Positions 13,246-26,439 of a stretch of DNA of 64,000 nucleotides are shown here, one piece after another. A model generated the notes under the pieces. It saw nothing but the letters and a program-made list of their open reading frames with translations. It was not told where the DNA came from and did not search any database. The position numbers and the translations under genes were made by a program. Origin of the DNA: Eledone cirrhosa (taxonomy: Eukaryota); assembly GCA_964016885.1 (NCBI GenBank), contig OZ024759.1:11532001-11596000 (forward strand), given 5' to 3'. Position 1 is the first letter of the stretch. Every line of letters begins with the position of its first letter.

Positions 13246-13353
13246 CACACACACACACACACATATATGTTGTCACGTCGCTGGTGCCAAGCTGTATCAG
13301 CTGATACAGCTTGGCACCAGCGACGTGACAACATATATGTGTGTGTGTGTGTG

Positions 13354-13431
<78 letters not shown>

Positions 13432-13482
13432 CACACACACACACACATATATGTTGTCACGTCGCTGGTGCCAAGCTGTATC
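13176..13482. repeat. Spacerless palindrome centred at 13300/13301 plus a third direct copy (A-A'-A inverted triplication) within (TA)n/(CA)n
   Basis: ATATGTTGTCACGTCGCTGGTGCCAAGCTGTATCAG|CTGATACAGCTTGGCACCAGCGACGTGACAACATAT; the same arm recurs at ~13427-13482. Confidence 0.93.
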
Positions 13483-13924
13483 GGCCTTAGCCTTTCCCTT
13501 GGACAACATCGGTGGTGTGGAGAGGGGAGACTGGTATACATGGGTGACTGCTGGTCTTCCACTAACAACCTTGCCAGGACTTGTGCCTTGGCCAAGAGAT
13601 TTCTAGCTACAAATCCCATGGTTATTCATGGTCGAAGGGGGCCTTCTTTACCTTTTACCTTTTTACTGGAATATAAACCGATCCATCTCCTATTTTATGT
13701 CTGAGAAATGAACAAAACTCCAACCTCCATTTATATAAACTGGGGCAGCTAATCAACACCCCATGTTTGGATGGTGCACTTTTGAAATTCTCATGAGTGG
13801 GGAAAATATTTCTCAAGTTTTAATATTTTGATATTTAAAATGTTTTATAGTGTCAATATATATATATATACGTGTCATATATATATCAATATATATATGT
13901 GTCAATATATATATACATATATGT

Positions 13925-14140
13925 AGGCGTGTGGCTGAGTGGTTAGAGAATTGGATTCACAATCTTGAGGTTGTGAGTTCGATTCCTGGACCAGGCGATG
14001 CGTTGTGTCCTTGAGCAAGACACTTTATTTCACGTTGCTCCTTCTACCTGGAGTTGCGACCGATAGATAGTATTAGCAACTGGAAAGACCAACGGAAACA
14101 TTGTTTCCTCGGTCCAATTTGACGAAAGTCGATCGTTCCT
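13925..14140 (+). mobile_element. SINE family B variant (same head and CORE-like domain, different tail; related copy at 29100-29300)
   Basis: GGCGTGTGGCTGAGTGGTTAG ... GAGTTCGATTCC ... GTGTCCTTGAGCAAGACACTTTATTTCAC. Confidence 0.8.
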
Positions 14141-14296
14141 TTTTAAGTGTCAGAATATAGTTTGTTTCACATCTCCATTACGTTCTTTTACCATTTCAAT
14201 CTGGTTTATAGCATTTCAGGTGTCTGGAACTGTTGTTTACTTCTGGAATGGAGAATAATTGGAGGAGATTAACTGAGGGAACCCTGTATAAAAGTT

Positions 14297-14690
14297 GGGG
14301 GGGGGGGGTGAGAGATAGGGGGGTTGAGAGAGGGGGGGATAGATTGAGAGAGGGGGGGAGGGAGATGGAGAGAGGTAGGGGAAAAGAGAGAGAGGGAGGG
14401 AGATTGAGAGGGGGGTGAGAGAGAGGGATTGAGAGAGAGAGAGGGGCAGATAGGGAGGGGAAGAGAGGGAGAGAAAGAGAGAGGAAGGGAGAGTGAGAGG
14501 GAGGGGAAGAGGGAGATGGAGATAGGTAGGGGAAAAGAGAGAGAGGGAGGGAGATTGAGAGAGGGGGAGGGAGAGAGAGAGAGAGGGGCAGATAGTGAGA
14601 GAGAGGGAGGGAGATAGGGAGGGGAAGAGAGGGAGAGAAAGAGAGAGGAAGGGAGAGTGAGAAAGCGAGAGAGAGGGAGGGAAAGAGAAA
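14297..14690. repeat. Polypurine (GA/GGA) low-complexity tract with internal duplications
   Basis: Directly visible. Confidence 0.9.
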
Positions 14691-14754
14691 TAAAACAAGA
14701 TTTATAGAAAAAGTATAATTATGTCAGTCACAAAGAAAAACAGTTGGTGTACAC

Positions 14755-15902
14755 GTGTTTATATGTTTGAGTGGATGTATGTGTTTATGTGTGTGTGTTT
14801 ATGTGTGTGAGTGTATGTGTGTGAGTGTTTGTGTTTGTGTGTGAGTGTATGTGTTTATGTGAATGGATGTATGTGTTTATGTGTTTGTGTGTGTGAGTGG
14901 ATGTGTTTATGTGAATGGATGTATGTGTGTGAGTGTATGTGTTTGTGTGTGTGTGTTTATGTGTTTGTGTGTGAGTGTGTGTTTATGTGTGTGAGTTTGT
15001 GTTTATGTGTGTGAGTGTATGTGTTTATGTGTGTGAGTTTGTGTTTATGTGTGTGAGTGTATGTGTTTATGTGTGTGAGTTTATGTTTGTGTGTGAGTGT
15101 ATGTGTTTATGTGTGTGAGTTTGTGTTTATGTGTGTGAGTGTATGTGTTTATGTGTGTGAGTTTATGTTTGTGTGTGAGTGTATGTGTTTATGTGTGTGA
15201 GTGTATGTGTTTATGTGTGTGAGTTTATGTGTTTGTTTATGTGTGTGTGTGTGAGTGTATGTGTTTATGTGAATGGATGTATGTGTTTATGTGAGTGGAT
15301 GTATGTGTTTATGTGAGTGAGTGTATGTGTTTATGTGTGTGAGTGTATGTGTGTGAGTGTATATGTTTATGTGTGTGAGTGTATGTGTTTATGTGTGTGA
15401 GTGTATGTGTTTATGTGTGTGAGTGTATGTGTTTATGTGAATGGATGTATGTGTTTATGTGAGTGAGTGTATGTGTTTATGTGTGTGAGTGTATGTGTTT
15501 ATGTGTGTGAGTGTATGTGTTTATGTTTGTGAGTGGATGTGTTTATGTGTGTGAGTGGATGTGTTTATGTGAGTGGATGTATGTGTTTGTGTGTGTGAGT
15601 GGATGTGTTTGTGTGTGAGTGGATGTGTTTGTGTGTGAGTGTATGTGTTTATGTGTGTGAGTGTATGTGTTTATGTGAATGGATGTATGTGTTTATGTGA
15701 GTGGATGTATGTGTTTATGTGAGTGAGTGTATGTGTTTATGTGTGTGAGTGGATGTGTTTATGTGAGTGGATGTATGTGTTTGTGTGTGTGAGTGGATGT
15801 ATGTGTTTATGTGTGTGAGTGGACGTATTTATGTGTGTGAGTGGACGTGGTTATGTGTGTGAGTGGACGTGTTTATGTGTGTGAGTGGTTGTGTTTATGT
15901 GT
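14755..15902. repeat. (GT)n-derived degenerate minisatellite (GTGTGAGTGTATGTGTTTAT-like)
   Basis: Directly visible. Confidence 0.93.
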
Positions 15903-16588
15903 AGGGGATCTTTTAGGGGATATTTATGTATTAAAAAGTTCAAACAATAAAACTGTGTTGGAAATGTTCTCAAGTCCTAAATAAAACTTCTGACAATGTA
16001 GTAAATGTAGAAAAACAGTTTCATTGTGAAATAATCACTCCAGATATTTTAGCCCCTTATTTACATAGAATTTAAAGTTGGTAAAAGTTGTCAAAATATT
16101 GACACCGAATATAAGCTTACCCCACCCCCCTCACCTCCGCCATTTTACCATCAATGTTCCCATCACATATTCCTCGGCTTATATTCAAGTAAATACAATA
16201 TTTTCTGCTATAAATATTAGCGTATATTTTGAGCTGCCACTGTTTGGCCATAAGGCAGTAAATTAACAGCATTGGACGGTACCTTGTGGTGTTTATTCCG
16301 GTTCTCTCTGATTCAACCTCTAATCCTGTTGAAGTCAATCTTTACCTTTCATCCTTGAGAGATCAATAATACCAGGCAATGTATCAATACAATCAGCTGA
16401 TCAGTTCTTTTCTTTTCTTCTGCCAGGAGTTTCAACTAACAGATAGTATTAACAATAGACAAATGGAAACATTGATTCCTTGGTCCAATCCTATCATTGG
16501 CTCCTCTTCTTTTCCTTTCTTTTTCTTTTCTTCCTGTTTTTCTTTTTGTGTGTTTATTTTAATGTGAAATGTGTTGTATTATTTCCAG

Positions 16589-16668
16589 ATCTTCCAGAAG
16601 TTGAAGCTGCTGAGCTGCAAAGCAAGCTTGATGTCCTTAACTCCATTATGGACCAAGAACTTAATCAG
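16589..16668 (+). CDS. Candidate internal coding exon (phase 1 to 0): (D)LPEVEAAELQSKLDVLNSIMDQELNQ, helical/coiled-coil-like, gene not recognised
   Basis: Pyrimidine-rich upstream region, TTTCCAG acceptor, CAG|GTAAAT donor, non-repetitive open frame of protein-like composition. Confidence 0.7.
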
Positions 16669-16823
16669 GTAAATCTTAATTACCATTATTATCAATAGTT
16701 TTTTTTTCTTAATCTCTTTTATAAATTTTATTTCACACAAAGAAAACCCCACACTGTATCATCCTGTACTGTCTTTCATGTTTCCTTAATGTGATCCCTG
16801 TGTGGCCGATAAAGAAATTATAA

Positions 16824-16864
<41 letters not shown>

Positions 16865-16865
<1 letters not shown>

Positions 16866-17372
16866 GGGTGGGGTTTGGCAGTATCGGTAGAGCATCAGAC
16901 GCCATGCTTTGCAGCATAAAGTTATGGCCTTTTACGTTCTGAGTTCAAATCCTTACGATAAAATAAAGTACCAGTAACGCTGTGGGGTCTATTTAATCGA
17001 CTTTCACCTCCCCCAAATTTGCTGGCCTTGTGCCTAAATCAGAAACCATTGTTGTCGTTATTGGCGGTGGATTGGCAGAATTGGTAGAGGGTTGGACATG
17101 CTTTCCAGCATAGTTAAGTCCCTTTACGATCTGAGTTCAAATCCCGCCAAGGTTAACTTTGCCTTTCATCCTTACGAGGTCGATAAAATAAAGTACCAGT
17201 AATGTACTAGGTAATTGCTGGCCTTGTGCCGAAAGTAGAAACCATTATTATTATTATTATTGGTTCAAATCCCGCCGAGTTTAACTTTGCCTTTCATCCT
17301 TACGGGGTCGATAAAATAAAGTACCAGTAATACACTGGATAACTGCTGGCCTTGTGCCTAACGTAGAGACAA
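16865..17372 (+). mobile_element. Three head-to-tail SINE family A copies (third is 5'-truncated)
   Basis: Repeated A box/B box/central domain separated by (TAT)n. Confidence 0.88.
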
Positions 17373-18434
17373 TTATAATTATTGGTTGGTGAAGTCACGC
17401 TTCTTATCGCCTCCAGTCTTTTTCAATGTTTTACCTCTTTTTCAACCGTTCTAAACCTTTTATTCAAGTTTTAAATTTGATAAAAGTTTAGAAGAAGTGA
17501 CCCACCTAATACAGGGGTTCACTAGTAAATAATACGGCACCCCTTTACGGGGTGTCGTATTCGTATTTGTGTAAAAATATTTGTTGAAAAATTTCAACAT
17601 GGATAACACAAAAAAGAGAGAGAGCACTGTCAGACAACACAGAGAGAGGGAGACTTTATCAGCATGTCAACAAGACAGCATTCCAGCGGAGGTAAATATA
17701 AACGAAAATATTACAAAGGAAAAAATGATTGTTACAGATTTAAAATGAACAAATATTTCTAACACAAACAACACCAACAACATCACCAACAACATCACCA
17801 ACAACATCACCAAAAATAACAGCGGTAAAGTCGAGAACGACAATAACAAAAATAACAGCGGTAAGGTCGAGAACGACAATAATGGCATACGTCAAGTTGG
17901 GCGGTCTCAAAGTTTACATTTTGTGTGTGTGTTCAAACGAAACATGCTGGCGACGAAGCTTCTTCTTTGCACGGCTCCATGTCTTCTATATGAGCGGTGT
18001 GTGCACATCAAGGTCCGCAGGATCTACAAAGTTCCGTTCGTGCACCACAACATCATGAACGTAAATCCCACCTTCAGTTTCCGAATAGGAAGCCCGCCCA
18101 ACCATCGGAGATGATGCGGCTGCCTGGCAAAATCCCTGCTGAATGATGGGGACGAGAGTGTCAGAGCTTCGATTTGGGACTTCTACAAGGCAGCAGCGTC
18201 CAGAATGGCGGACTCACCATTCTGCAAGCCTCATTACAAGATTACTTCGGTATTGAGTACTCTTCTCTCAACCGTCAACTACACACACACACACACATAT
18301 ACATATATATATAATCAGTTAAAACGACAGAGGCTCTGATTCTATCTTTAATCTCAGTAACTAATTTAGATCTAAACACACACACAAAATGTAAACACGA
18401 CGTTCGAAAATGAAAATAAATTTTCTTTTCACTT

Positions 18435-20205
18435 TTGAGACCGCCCGTCTTGACGTATGCCGACAATAACAATGACAATAACAACAGCCACAACAACAAT
18501 AATAGTAGGAACAGTATCAACAGCCACAACAATAATAACAACAGCCACAATAACAGTAACAACAACAGCCACAATAACAGTAACAGCAGCAACAGTATCA
18601 ACGAAAGCAACACCAACAACTGTACCAGCGAAAAGAACAACAATGACACCGATACCTGTAATAGCGACCTCAGCACCACCAGTAAGACCAGTAGCGGCAG
18701 CAATAGTGGTGCTGCTGAAAAAGGGACCACTTCTTTTGCAGGTGTCGCCCGAAATATCGAGACAGTGTTAGTCACAGAGGAGGAGATGGCAGTCGCAAGG
18801 GCCATGGTGACAAGAAGCGCAAATAGAGTCTCCCTGAAACCTCCACCCGATTTTTTCAAGGACCAGCAGCTACGAACGGTGACTTACCGCACCGTAAGCA
18901 AAATCTCACATCGGGTGGAGAGAGCCACGGAGGCTCAAATCCAAAAGGCCTTGGGGGTGCGTCTGGGCACGCAAAACCCACATCACCCGAGGCAGAAAGT
19001 ACGCCACAGTAGATGTACTTTTCGCCACCCCCCAGGAAGCAAAGTCTCACTCTTTGGAAACCCTTAAGAGTGAGGAGTTAGTCTTGGTGCCCTCCTACTG
19101 CGGGCAGAAAATTGTGAGGGTCAAAGTGACCCAGGTCCCACCCGACGTGCCCATACCTTGGCTGGCCACGTCTGTCCTTGCTGGAATTGAGAACAGGGCG
19201 ACCATGCTGCAAGTAGAAAAAATAGGGAGAGAGAACTGGTCAGGTATAGGCATGCAAATGCTTATACAAACTGACCAGGAATGTATCGAGGCTATCCCCG
19301 ATATCATAGTATTTGAGGAAGGACTCCAACTCCCTATAAGTGTAGAAGGAAGACGGCCAAAATGTTATCTCTGTGGGTCGAAAGGTCACCTCGGGGCCTT
19401 TTGCCCGCAGAAGACACCGAAGAGGGCCCCTCTCCTTCCAATACCTGGTCCGCTGCTACCAAGAGCAGGACAGGCAACAAACGAAAAAGCCCCTTCCACG
19501 ATGAGTAGGAGGGCAACGTCCCTAGCACCCGTACCAAGGCCACGGATAACTAAAGCAGCATCATCAGTAGCGGCAACACCAATAGCTACATTTGAAATAG
19601 CTACACCAGCAACAACATTGCCGAAGAGGGCTCCACTACCACCACCAACAGCCGTGGAGCACATACCCCTCCCAGATGCCACAGAATCCGACATGGAGTT
19701 TGAGGCGAGAGTGACGTGGCAAACAGTCTGCCACAAAAAACAAAAAACAAAAAAACCCTTAGATTCACCCTCCAAAAGCGAAGGCATACAAAGAGGGGTA
19801 AAGGCAGCAAGGAAACTTGCAGCAACACCACCACAAACACAACAAGACACACACACCAAACAGCAACAAGAAGAAAACGGCAACAAAATCACCCCTCCCC
19901 CAAAAAAGTACACAGCCATAAACATAGCAAAAAAAGAACTCATAAAATATATAAAGCAGCACACAGACATCACGGAAAAAAACTACTACACCCCACCAAC
20001 ACCAAGAACTCTCCCGACCAACATAAGCATCATCGAAATCTCAATAAAACAATACAAACCTTTAAAACAAAAATTCCCCAACGCAGTTGGAGACTTCAGA
20101 GGGACGGTTACCAAGAGGATATACACTGACATCCTCTTGGAAACACCCATGACCAGCGAAAGGGACGGTTCTACTGTCCCTTCACCACATGAACAAGGTA
20201 AGTGA
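18435..20205 (+). pseudogene. ORF1 (gag-like, CCHC zinc knuckle) of a Tx1/L1-clade LINE, frameshifted near 18975
   Basis: CYLCGSKGHLGAFC = CX2CX4HX4C; the two ORFs join through HITRGRKYATVDVLFATPQEAKSHSLETL in the shifted frame; lies directly upstream of an APE domain. Confidence 0.85.
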
Positions 20206-20237
20206 CCCTTTCTCATTTGCCCCGTTTCTCATCCAAC

Positions 20238-20815
20238 ATGGCTGTACTCAGAATAGGCAGTATAAATGCACGTGGCCTGGGGTCATCTTGGAAGCAGGGT
20301 CACCTGCTCAATGACCTCAGGTCACTAAACATAGATGTGGTGGCCATCAGTGAAACCAGAATCTCCGAGGCACGGGCCTTCGCACCGATCTATACGCATC
20401 GGCTACGATGTATACGCATCTCCCAGCCGTCCAGGATCGGGGGGGAGGGGTTGCCGTCCTTTTTCGGAGAGGCTTGGATCTCGCGATACGGGCCATCTTC
20501 CTGGACCCAGAAGGTAAGTCGGTGGTGCTGGACGTGACCAGCAGCGAAGGCAATGCTTTCAGGCTAGTAGCCGTCTACGCCCCAACAGGGGCAGGACGGC
20601 CAGATTTCTTCAGACGTCTAGAGACCTTTCTTGGAACGTCCCGCTCTTTAGTGTTAGTGGCCGACTGGAACGGTATCTTGGATGCACGCTGGGATCGTGT
20701 GGGGCTAGTGGATAGGGGAGGAGGGTGCAAGAGCCTCACCAACCTGCTCAGACGTTTTGAACTGTCTGACAGGTATCGACTGGATCACCTGAATGTGCCA
20801 ATGTGGACATGGACA
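20238..20815 (+). pseudogene. ORF2 N-terminal APE endonuclease of a Tx1/L1-clade LINE; frameshifted, RT domain absent
   Basis: Motifs SINARGL, DVVAISET, GGGVAVL, LVAVYAP, ADWNGILD, DRYR...WTW across ORFs 20202..20537 and 20408..21004. Confidence 0.9.
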
Positions 20816-21010
20816 TGGGCAAAAGGATGTAACAAAAAAATAACAATGAAAAATTCCCCAATAGGGGGGAGACTTCGGAGGGACATTTGTGGAGAAAGCC
20901 CATTAAAAGGCCACAATAAAAATCTTTACACGAACAAAACCCACATCGTACCATCCTGTACCGTCTGTAATGTTTTTCTTGATGTCAGCCCTTGTGGCCA
21001 ATAAAGAAAT

Positions 21011-21130
21011 CATTCTGAGTTCAAATCCCGCCGAGGTTAACTTTGCCTTTCATCCTTACGGGGTCGATAAAATAAAGTACCAGTAATGCACTGGGTAATT
21101 GCTGGCCTTGTGCCTAAAGTAGAAACAATT
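21011..21130 (+). mobile_element. 5'-truncated SINE family A abutting the LINE 3' tail
   Basis: Begins just before the B box (TTCTGAGTTCAAATCC). Confidence 0.85.
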
Positions 21131-21319
21131 ATTATTATTATTAATTTCTATTGACATTTAACAACACCAATCTTTAGAACCACTTGGAAATATTCTTTAG
21201 AAGTCAAAAGTTTTACTATTTTTGTTTTTTTAATCTTTGTGGCTTTTGTTTGTTTGTTTGGATTTTATTTTACTGTGTAACACATTTTATAAATGTGTGT
21301 GTCTAAACATCAACCATCA

Positions 21320-21842
21320 CACATTATTACCACCACCTCCACCACCACCATCGATCATTACCATTACCATCACCGTCATTATCACCACCACCACCACCTC
21401 CATTGATCATTACCACCACCTCCACCACCACCACCACCATCGATCATTACCATCACCACCATCGATCATTACCACCACCACCACCTCCATCGATCATTAC
21501 CACCATCACCACCACCACCACCACCACTATCAGCACCACCACCACCACCATCAGCACCACCACCACCATCACCACCACCACCACCGTCAGCACCACCACC
21601 ACCATCAGCACCACCACCACCATCAACACCACCACCACCATCAGCACCACCACCACCACCACCACCACCGTCAGCACCACCACCACCATCAGCACCACCA
21701 CCACCATCAACACCACCACCACCATCAGCACCACCACCACCATCACCACCACCACCACCGTCAGCACCACCACCACCACCGTCAGCACCACCACCACCAT
21801 CACCACCACCATCAGCACCACCACCACCATCACCACCACCAT

Positions 21843-21873
<31 letters not shown>

Positions 21874-22022
21874 AGCACTACCATCAATCACCACCACCAC
21901 CACCACCACCACCACCATCATCACCACCACCATCGATAACCACCACCACCATCATCATCACCACCACCATCAGCACCACCACCACCACCACCATCATCAC
22001 CACAATCATCACCATCATCATC
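21320..22022. repeat. (CAC/CAT/CAG)n trinucleotide tract
   Basis: Directly visible; poly-His/Thr/Val/Gly ORFs are artefacts. Confidence 0.95.
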
Positions 22023-22307
22023 ATATTAAAATCATCATGGTACCAAAACTAAATGCTGAGCAGTGTAGCTGTAATAGTCACTTGCAGGGTTGAAATATGT
22101 TTTTCTGCAGCGAATCTGGCAAATCTTAAATATGATGGAAATACTATTGACATAAATAATATGTTTAGAAAGTTACAACATATTTTCTCATTTCCAAATA
22201 AACTTTATCTTGATGAAAGATCTTATTTATGATGTTACTTCCAATAATGGCGTATTTTATTTGGAATAAATCTTGTAACATACAGTAGAACAATGATAAT
22301 GAAGACA

Positions 22308-22455
22308 TAATTGTTTCTACTTTAGGCACAAGGCCAGCAATTACCCAGTGCATTACTGGTACTTTATTTTATCGACCCCGTAAGGATGAAAGGCAAAGTC
22401 AACCTCGGCGGGATTTGAACTCAGATCGTAAAGGAACGTAACTATGCTGGAAAGA
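22308..22455 (-). mobile_element. 5'-truncated SINE family A with TSD GAAGACATAAT
   Basis: Family sequence; direct repeat on both flanks. Confidence 0.87.
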
Positions 22456-22954
22456 AGACATAATGAAAGATAGTTCTACTGTGGGGTGCTATATACTGTA
22501 TACACACAGACATAAGCCAACCCCACTATTTTATGTCTGAGAAATGGGCAAAAATCTAAACCTTATTTACATAGAATTTGAAGTTGGTGAAAAATTGTCA
22601 AAATATTGACCCTAAATATGACGACCCCTTTCTACCATCGATGTTTTGGTCACATATTCCTCAGATTAAAACAAACAATTTAAGGCCATTTTCCCTGTTA
22701 AAACAGGAGCAGTTTGTAGTATTCCTGGCCCCGTGTTAGGCTTTATACTCATCATGAGGTCATTCGTCTTCTTCGCCCACTTATTCCTGGTAGGGTCATG
22801 TGGGGACAGAGTCCTCAAACACTCCTTCCAGTGGGTCCTGTCAGAAGCAACCTTTTCAAGTTGATCCAGCTGGATCCCCTAATGATACCAACCAAGCTTA
22901 TATCATATCTAGTGCTTTATAAGTTGTATATATAACAGTTATGGTGTATATATA

Positions 22955-23295
22955 TCATCATCATTTTACGTCTGCTTTTCCCTGCTTGCAAGGGTGGGAC
23001 GGGAACTGATTCTGGCTTGATTTCTACAGCTGGATGCCCTTCCTAACACCAACCTCATTTACAGTGAGTGCTGGGTGCTTTTTTTGCCATGGCACCTCCA
23101 CGTCCACTTTGCAGTGGAATGATAGGGGCTGGGACCCCAGTCCCTATCATCTCATTTCTACAGCTGAGTAAACTGGAGCAATGTGAAATAAAGTGTCTTG
23201 CTCAAGGAAACAACACATCACTCGGTCTGAGAATTGAACTCACAACCTTTCGGTTGCAAGGCCAATGCTCTAACCACTAAGCCATGTGCCTCCAT
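22955..23295 (-). mobile_element. SINE family B
   Basis: Nearly identical to 12820-13175. Confidence 0.9.
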
Positions 23296-23312
23296 ATATA
23301 CGATATATATAT

Positions 23313-23530
23313 TGTCTTCTTTGCCCACCACTTATTCCTGGTAGAGTGATAGGGAACAGAGCCCTCAGAAACTCCTTCTAGGGGGTCCTGACAGAAGCAA
23401 CTGTCACCAGTTGATCTGGCTGGATCCCCAAGTGAGACTAGCTGAGCTCAACAATGTTATCCAACCATCTTGCTCAGGAGTCTCCCCCTCGGTTTCCTGC
23501 TGTCTGATTTTTAACTGTAAGAACTGTCCA
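23313..23530 (-). mobile_element. Decayed RTE-like LINE 3' end (second diverged copy at 22765-22880)
   Basis: Minus strand shows frameshifted RKPRGR...RWLDNIVEL...LGIQPDQL, an RTE ORF2 C-terminus-like pattern; two related copies ~550 bp apart. Confidence 0.55.
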
Positions 23531-23694
23531 GGTATCCTTTGTGAGACAATATTTTATGGTCGGATGTCCTTCCTAATGTCAACTCTTTGCATCCCATTAT
23601 ATCACAACCCAGATAAACCCAGCATTCAGGCATAGGTGTAATACCAAAATTAAAATATCCTATATAGGTCCTTCTTTTCTTTTTTAAGACAGTA

Positions 23695-24082
23695 GGCACA
23701 TGGCTTAGTGGTTAGAGCATTGGCCTTGCAATCGAAAGGTTGTGAGTTCAATTCTCAGACCGGGTGATGTGTTGTTTCCTTGAGCAAGACACTTTATTTC
23801 ACATTGCTCCAGTTTACTCAGCTGTAGAAATGAGATGATAGGGACTGGGGTCCCTATCATTCCACTGCAAAGTGGTTGTGGAGGTGCCATGGCAAAAAAG
23901 CACCCAGCACTCACTGTAAATGAGGTTGGTGTTAGGAAGGGCAACCAGCTGTAGAAATCAAGCCAGAATCAGTTCCCATATGAGCAAGACAAGGTCAGCC
24001 GACTGGACACTGCCCACAACAGGACAACCCGTCAAACCCATGCTAGCGTGGAAGAACAGACGTAAAAAAACGGTGATGATGA
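23695..24082 (+). mobile_element. SINE family B, full length with (GAT)n tail
   Basis: A/B boxes, CORE-like domain, internal hairpin GATAGGGAC...GTCCCTATC, tail. Confidence 0.9.
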
Positions 24083-24369
24083 GTGTGTGAACAGGTCAGA
24101 TCTAGCAGAGTAAGCCTCAATAAAAACCTTGCTCACCTCATAGTAAGTAGTAGCTCATGTGACAATCATCAGTTTAATTAGATGACCTTGGTGTCATGAA
24201 CACCAGTGGCTTCACAGAAGATCAACTGTTAACCCTTCTAATGTTCAAACCAGCCAAAACCGGCCAGAATTCTCTACCTCTTTCTGTTGAAACTGGCTGT
24301 AACTGGTCACTCAAACTGATGTTAAGGTATTGTTCTCGAAATAAATACTTTCAAAATCTCATAGATTCG

Positions 24370-25785
24370 ATATTATGTGAGATATTAGGTGAGATAAAGT
24401 CTTTACCATGAAAATATAATAGTATATATAGAGTAATGTAAATGTTATGAGATATTATGTGAGGTAAAGCCTTTACTGTGAAAATACAATAGTATATATA
24501 GAGTAATGTAAATGTTATGTGAGATATTATGTGAGGTAAAGCCTTTACTGTGAAAATATAATAGTATATATAGAGTAATGTAAATGTTATGTGAGATATT
24601 ATGTGAGGTAAAGCCTTTACTGTGAAAATATAATAGTATATATAGAGTAATGTAAATGTTATGTGAGATATTATGTGAGGTAAAGCCTTTACTGTGAAAA
24701 TATAATAGTATATATAGAGTAATGTAAATGTTATGTGTGATATTATGTGAGGTAAAGCCTTTACTGTGAAAATATAATAGTATATATAGAGTAATGTAAA
24801 TGTTATGTGAGATATTATGTGAGGTAAAGCCTTTACTGTGAAAATATAATAGTATATATAGAGTAATGTAAATGTTATGTGAGATATTATGTGAGGTAAA
24901 GCCTTTACTGTGAAAATATAATAGTATATATAGAGTAATGTAAATGTTATGTGAGATATTATGTGAGGTAAAGCCTTTACTGTGAAAATATAATAGTATA
25001 TATAGAGTAATGTAAATGTTATGTGAGATATTATGTGAGGTAAAGCCTTTACTGTGAAAATATAATAGTATATATAGAGTAATGTAAATGTTATGTGAGA
25101 TATTATGTGAGGTAAAGCCTTTACTGTGAAAATATAATAGTATATATAGAGTAATGTAAATGTTATGTGTGATATTATGTGAGGTAAAGCCTTTACTGTG
25201 AAAATATAATAGTATATATAGAGTAATGTAAATGTTATGTGAGATATTATGTGAGGTAAAGCCTTTACTGTGAAAATATAATAGTATATATAGAGTAATG
25301 TAAATGTTATGTGAGATATTATGTGAGGTAAAGCCTTTACTGTGAAAATATAATAGTATATATAGAGTAATGTAAATGTTATGTGAGATATTATGTGAGG
25401 TAAAGCCTTTACTGTGAAAATATAATAGTATATATAGAGTAATGTAAATGTTATGTGTGATATTATGTGAGGTAAAGCCTTTACTGTGAAAATATAATAG
25501 TATATATAGAGTAATGTAAATGTTATGTGAGATATTATGTGAGGTAAAGCCTTTATCATGAAAATATAATAGTATATATAGAGTAATGTAAATGTTATGT
25601 GTGATATTATGTGAGGTAAAGCCTTTACTGTGACAATACAATAGTATATATAGAGTAATGTGAATGTTATGTGAGATATTATGTGAGGTAAAGTCTTTAC
25701 TGTGACAATACAATAGTATATATAGAGTAATGTAAATGTTATGTGAGATATTATGTGAGGTAAAGCCTTTACTGTGAAAATATAA
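24370..25785. repeat. 72-bp minisatellite, ~19 near-identical copies
   Basis: Directly visible; 24-aa periodicity in ORFs 24351..25559 and 24445..25713. Confidence 0.97.
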
Positions 25786-25941
25786 TTGTTTCTACTTTTG
25801 GCAGAAGGCCAGCAATTACCCAGTACATTACTGGTACTTTATTTCATCGACCCCGTAAGGATGAAAGGCAAAGTTAACCTCGGCGGGATTTGAACTCAGA
25901 CCGTAAAGGGACGTAACTCTCTACCGATACTGCCAATCCAC
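25782..25941 (-). mobile_element. SINE family A (internally deleted)
   Basis: Family sequence. Confidence 0.85.
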
Positions 25942-26439
25942 ATATAGAGTAAGGTTAATGCTAAAGGGTTAACTCAATGATGTGTTGACACAACTACTCC
26001 AGTTAGTGGAGAAATCTATGAGTATGTAGGTGTGGTGAGCTGCATATATTCTAGCCATTAGAAAAAGCAAATGCTTCACATTTGATGGAGGGATGATTGA
26101 AGAAGAGAAGAGTGTGACTTGGTTCCTATTTCCAGCAAGCTATAAAACCATATAGCGGAATAGTCAGGTCACATAAAACTACGTTTTTAGAACTAGCAGC
26201 TAGTAATATTTGAACAGCCAAAACACAGATGTGTTTACCCTGCTTCAAGGTTCAATATTTCCCCATGATTCTCTAGAGGGCAAGATCTTTCATCTGGTGT
26301 CGTTGTTGTTGTTGTTGTTGGTGTTGGTGTTGGTGTTGGTGGTGTTGGTGTTGGTGTTGGTGGTGGTGTCGTTGTATGCCACTGATTTGTTTACCATACA
26401 GAATTTATACAAAATGTTTTTCTTTGTGTATATGGTTCT

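Larger units (their letters stand above)
24229..25972. mobile_element. TTAA-flanked piggyBac-like MITE containing a 72-bp array and a SINE
   Basis: Left TTAACCCTTCTAATGTT and right AATGCTAAAGGGTTAA form imperfect TIRs with TTAA at both ends. Confidence 0.6.

Noticed and set aside
21237-22052. His-rich or mucin-like protein
   Set aside because: (CAC)n microsatellite read-through.
24351-25713. 400-aa hydrophobic repeat proteins
   Set aside because: 72-bp near-identical tandem units with no sign of coding constraint, inside MITE-like ends.
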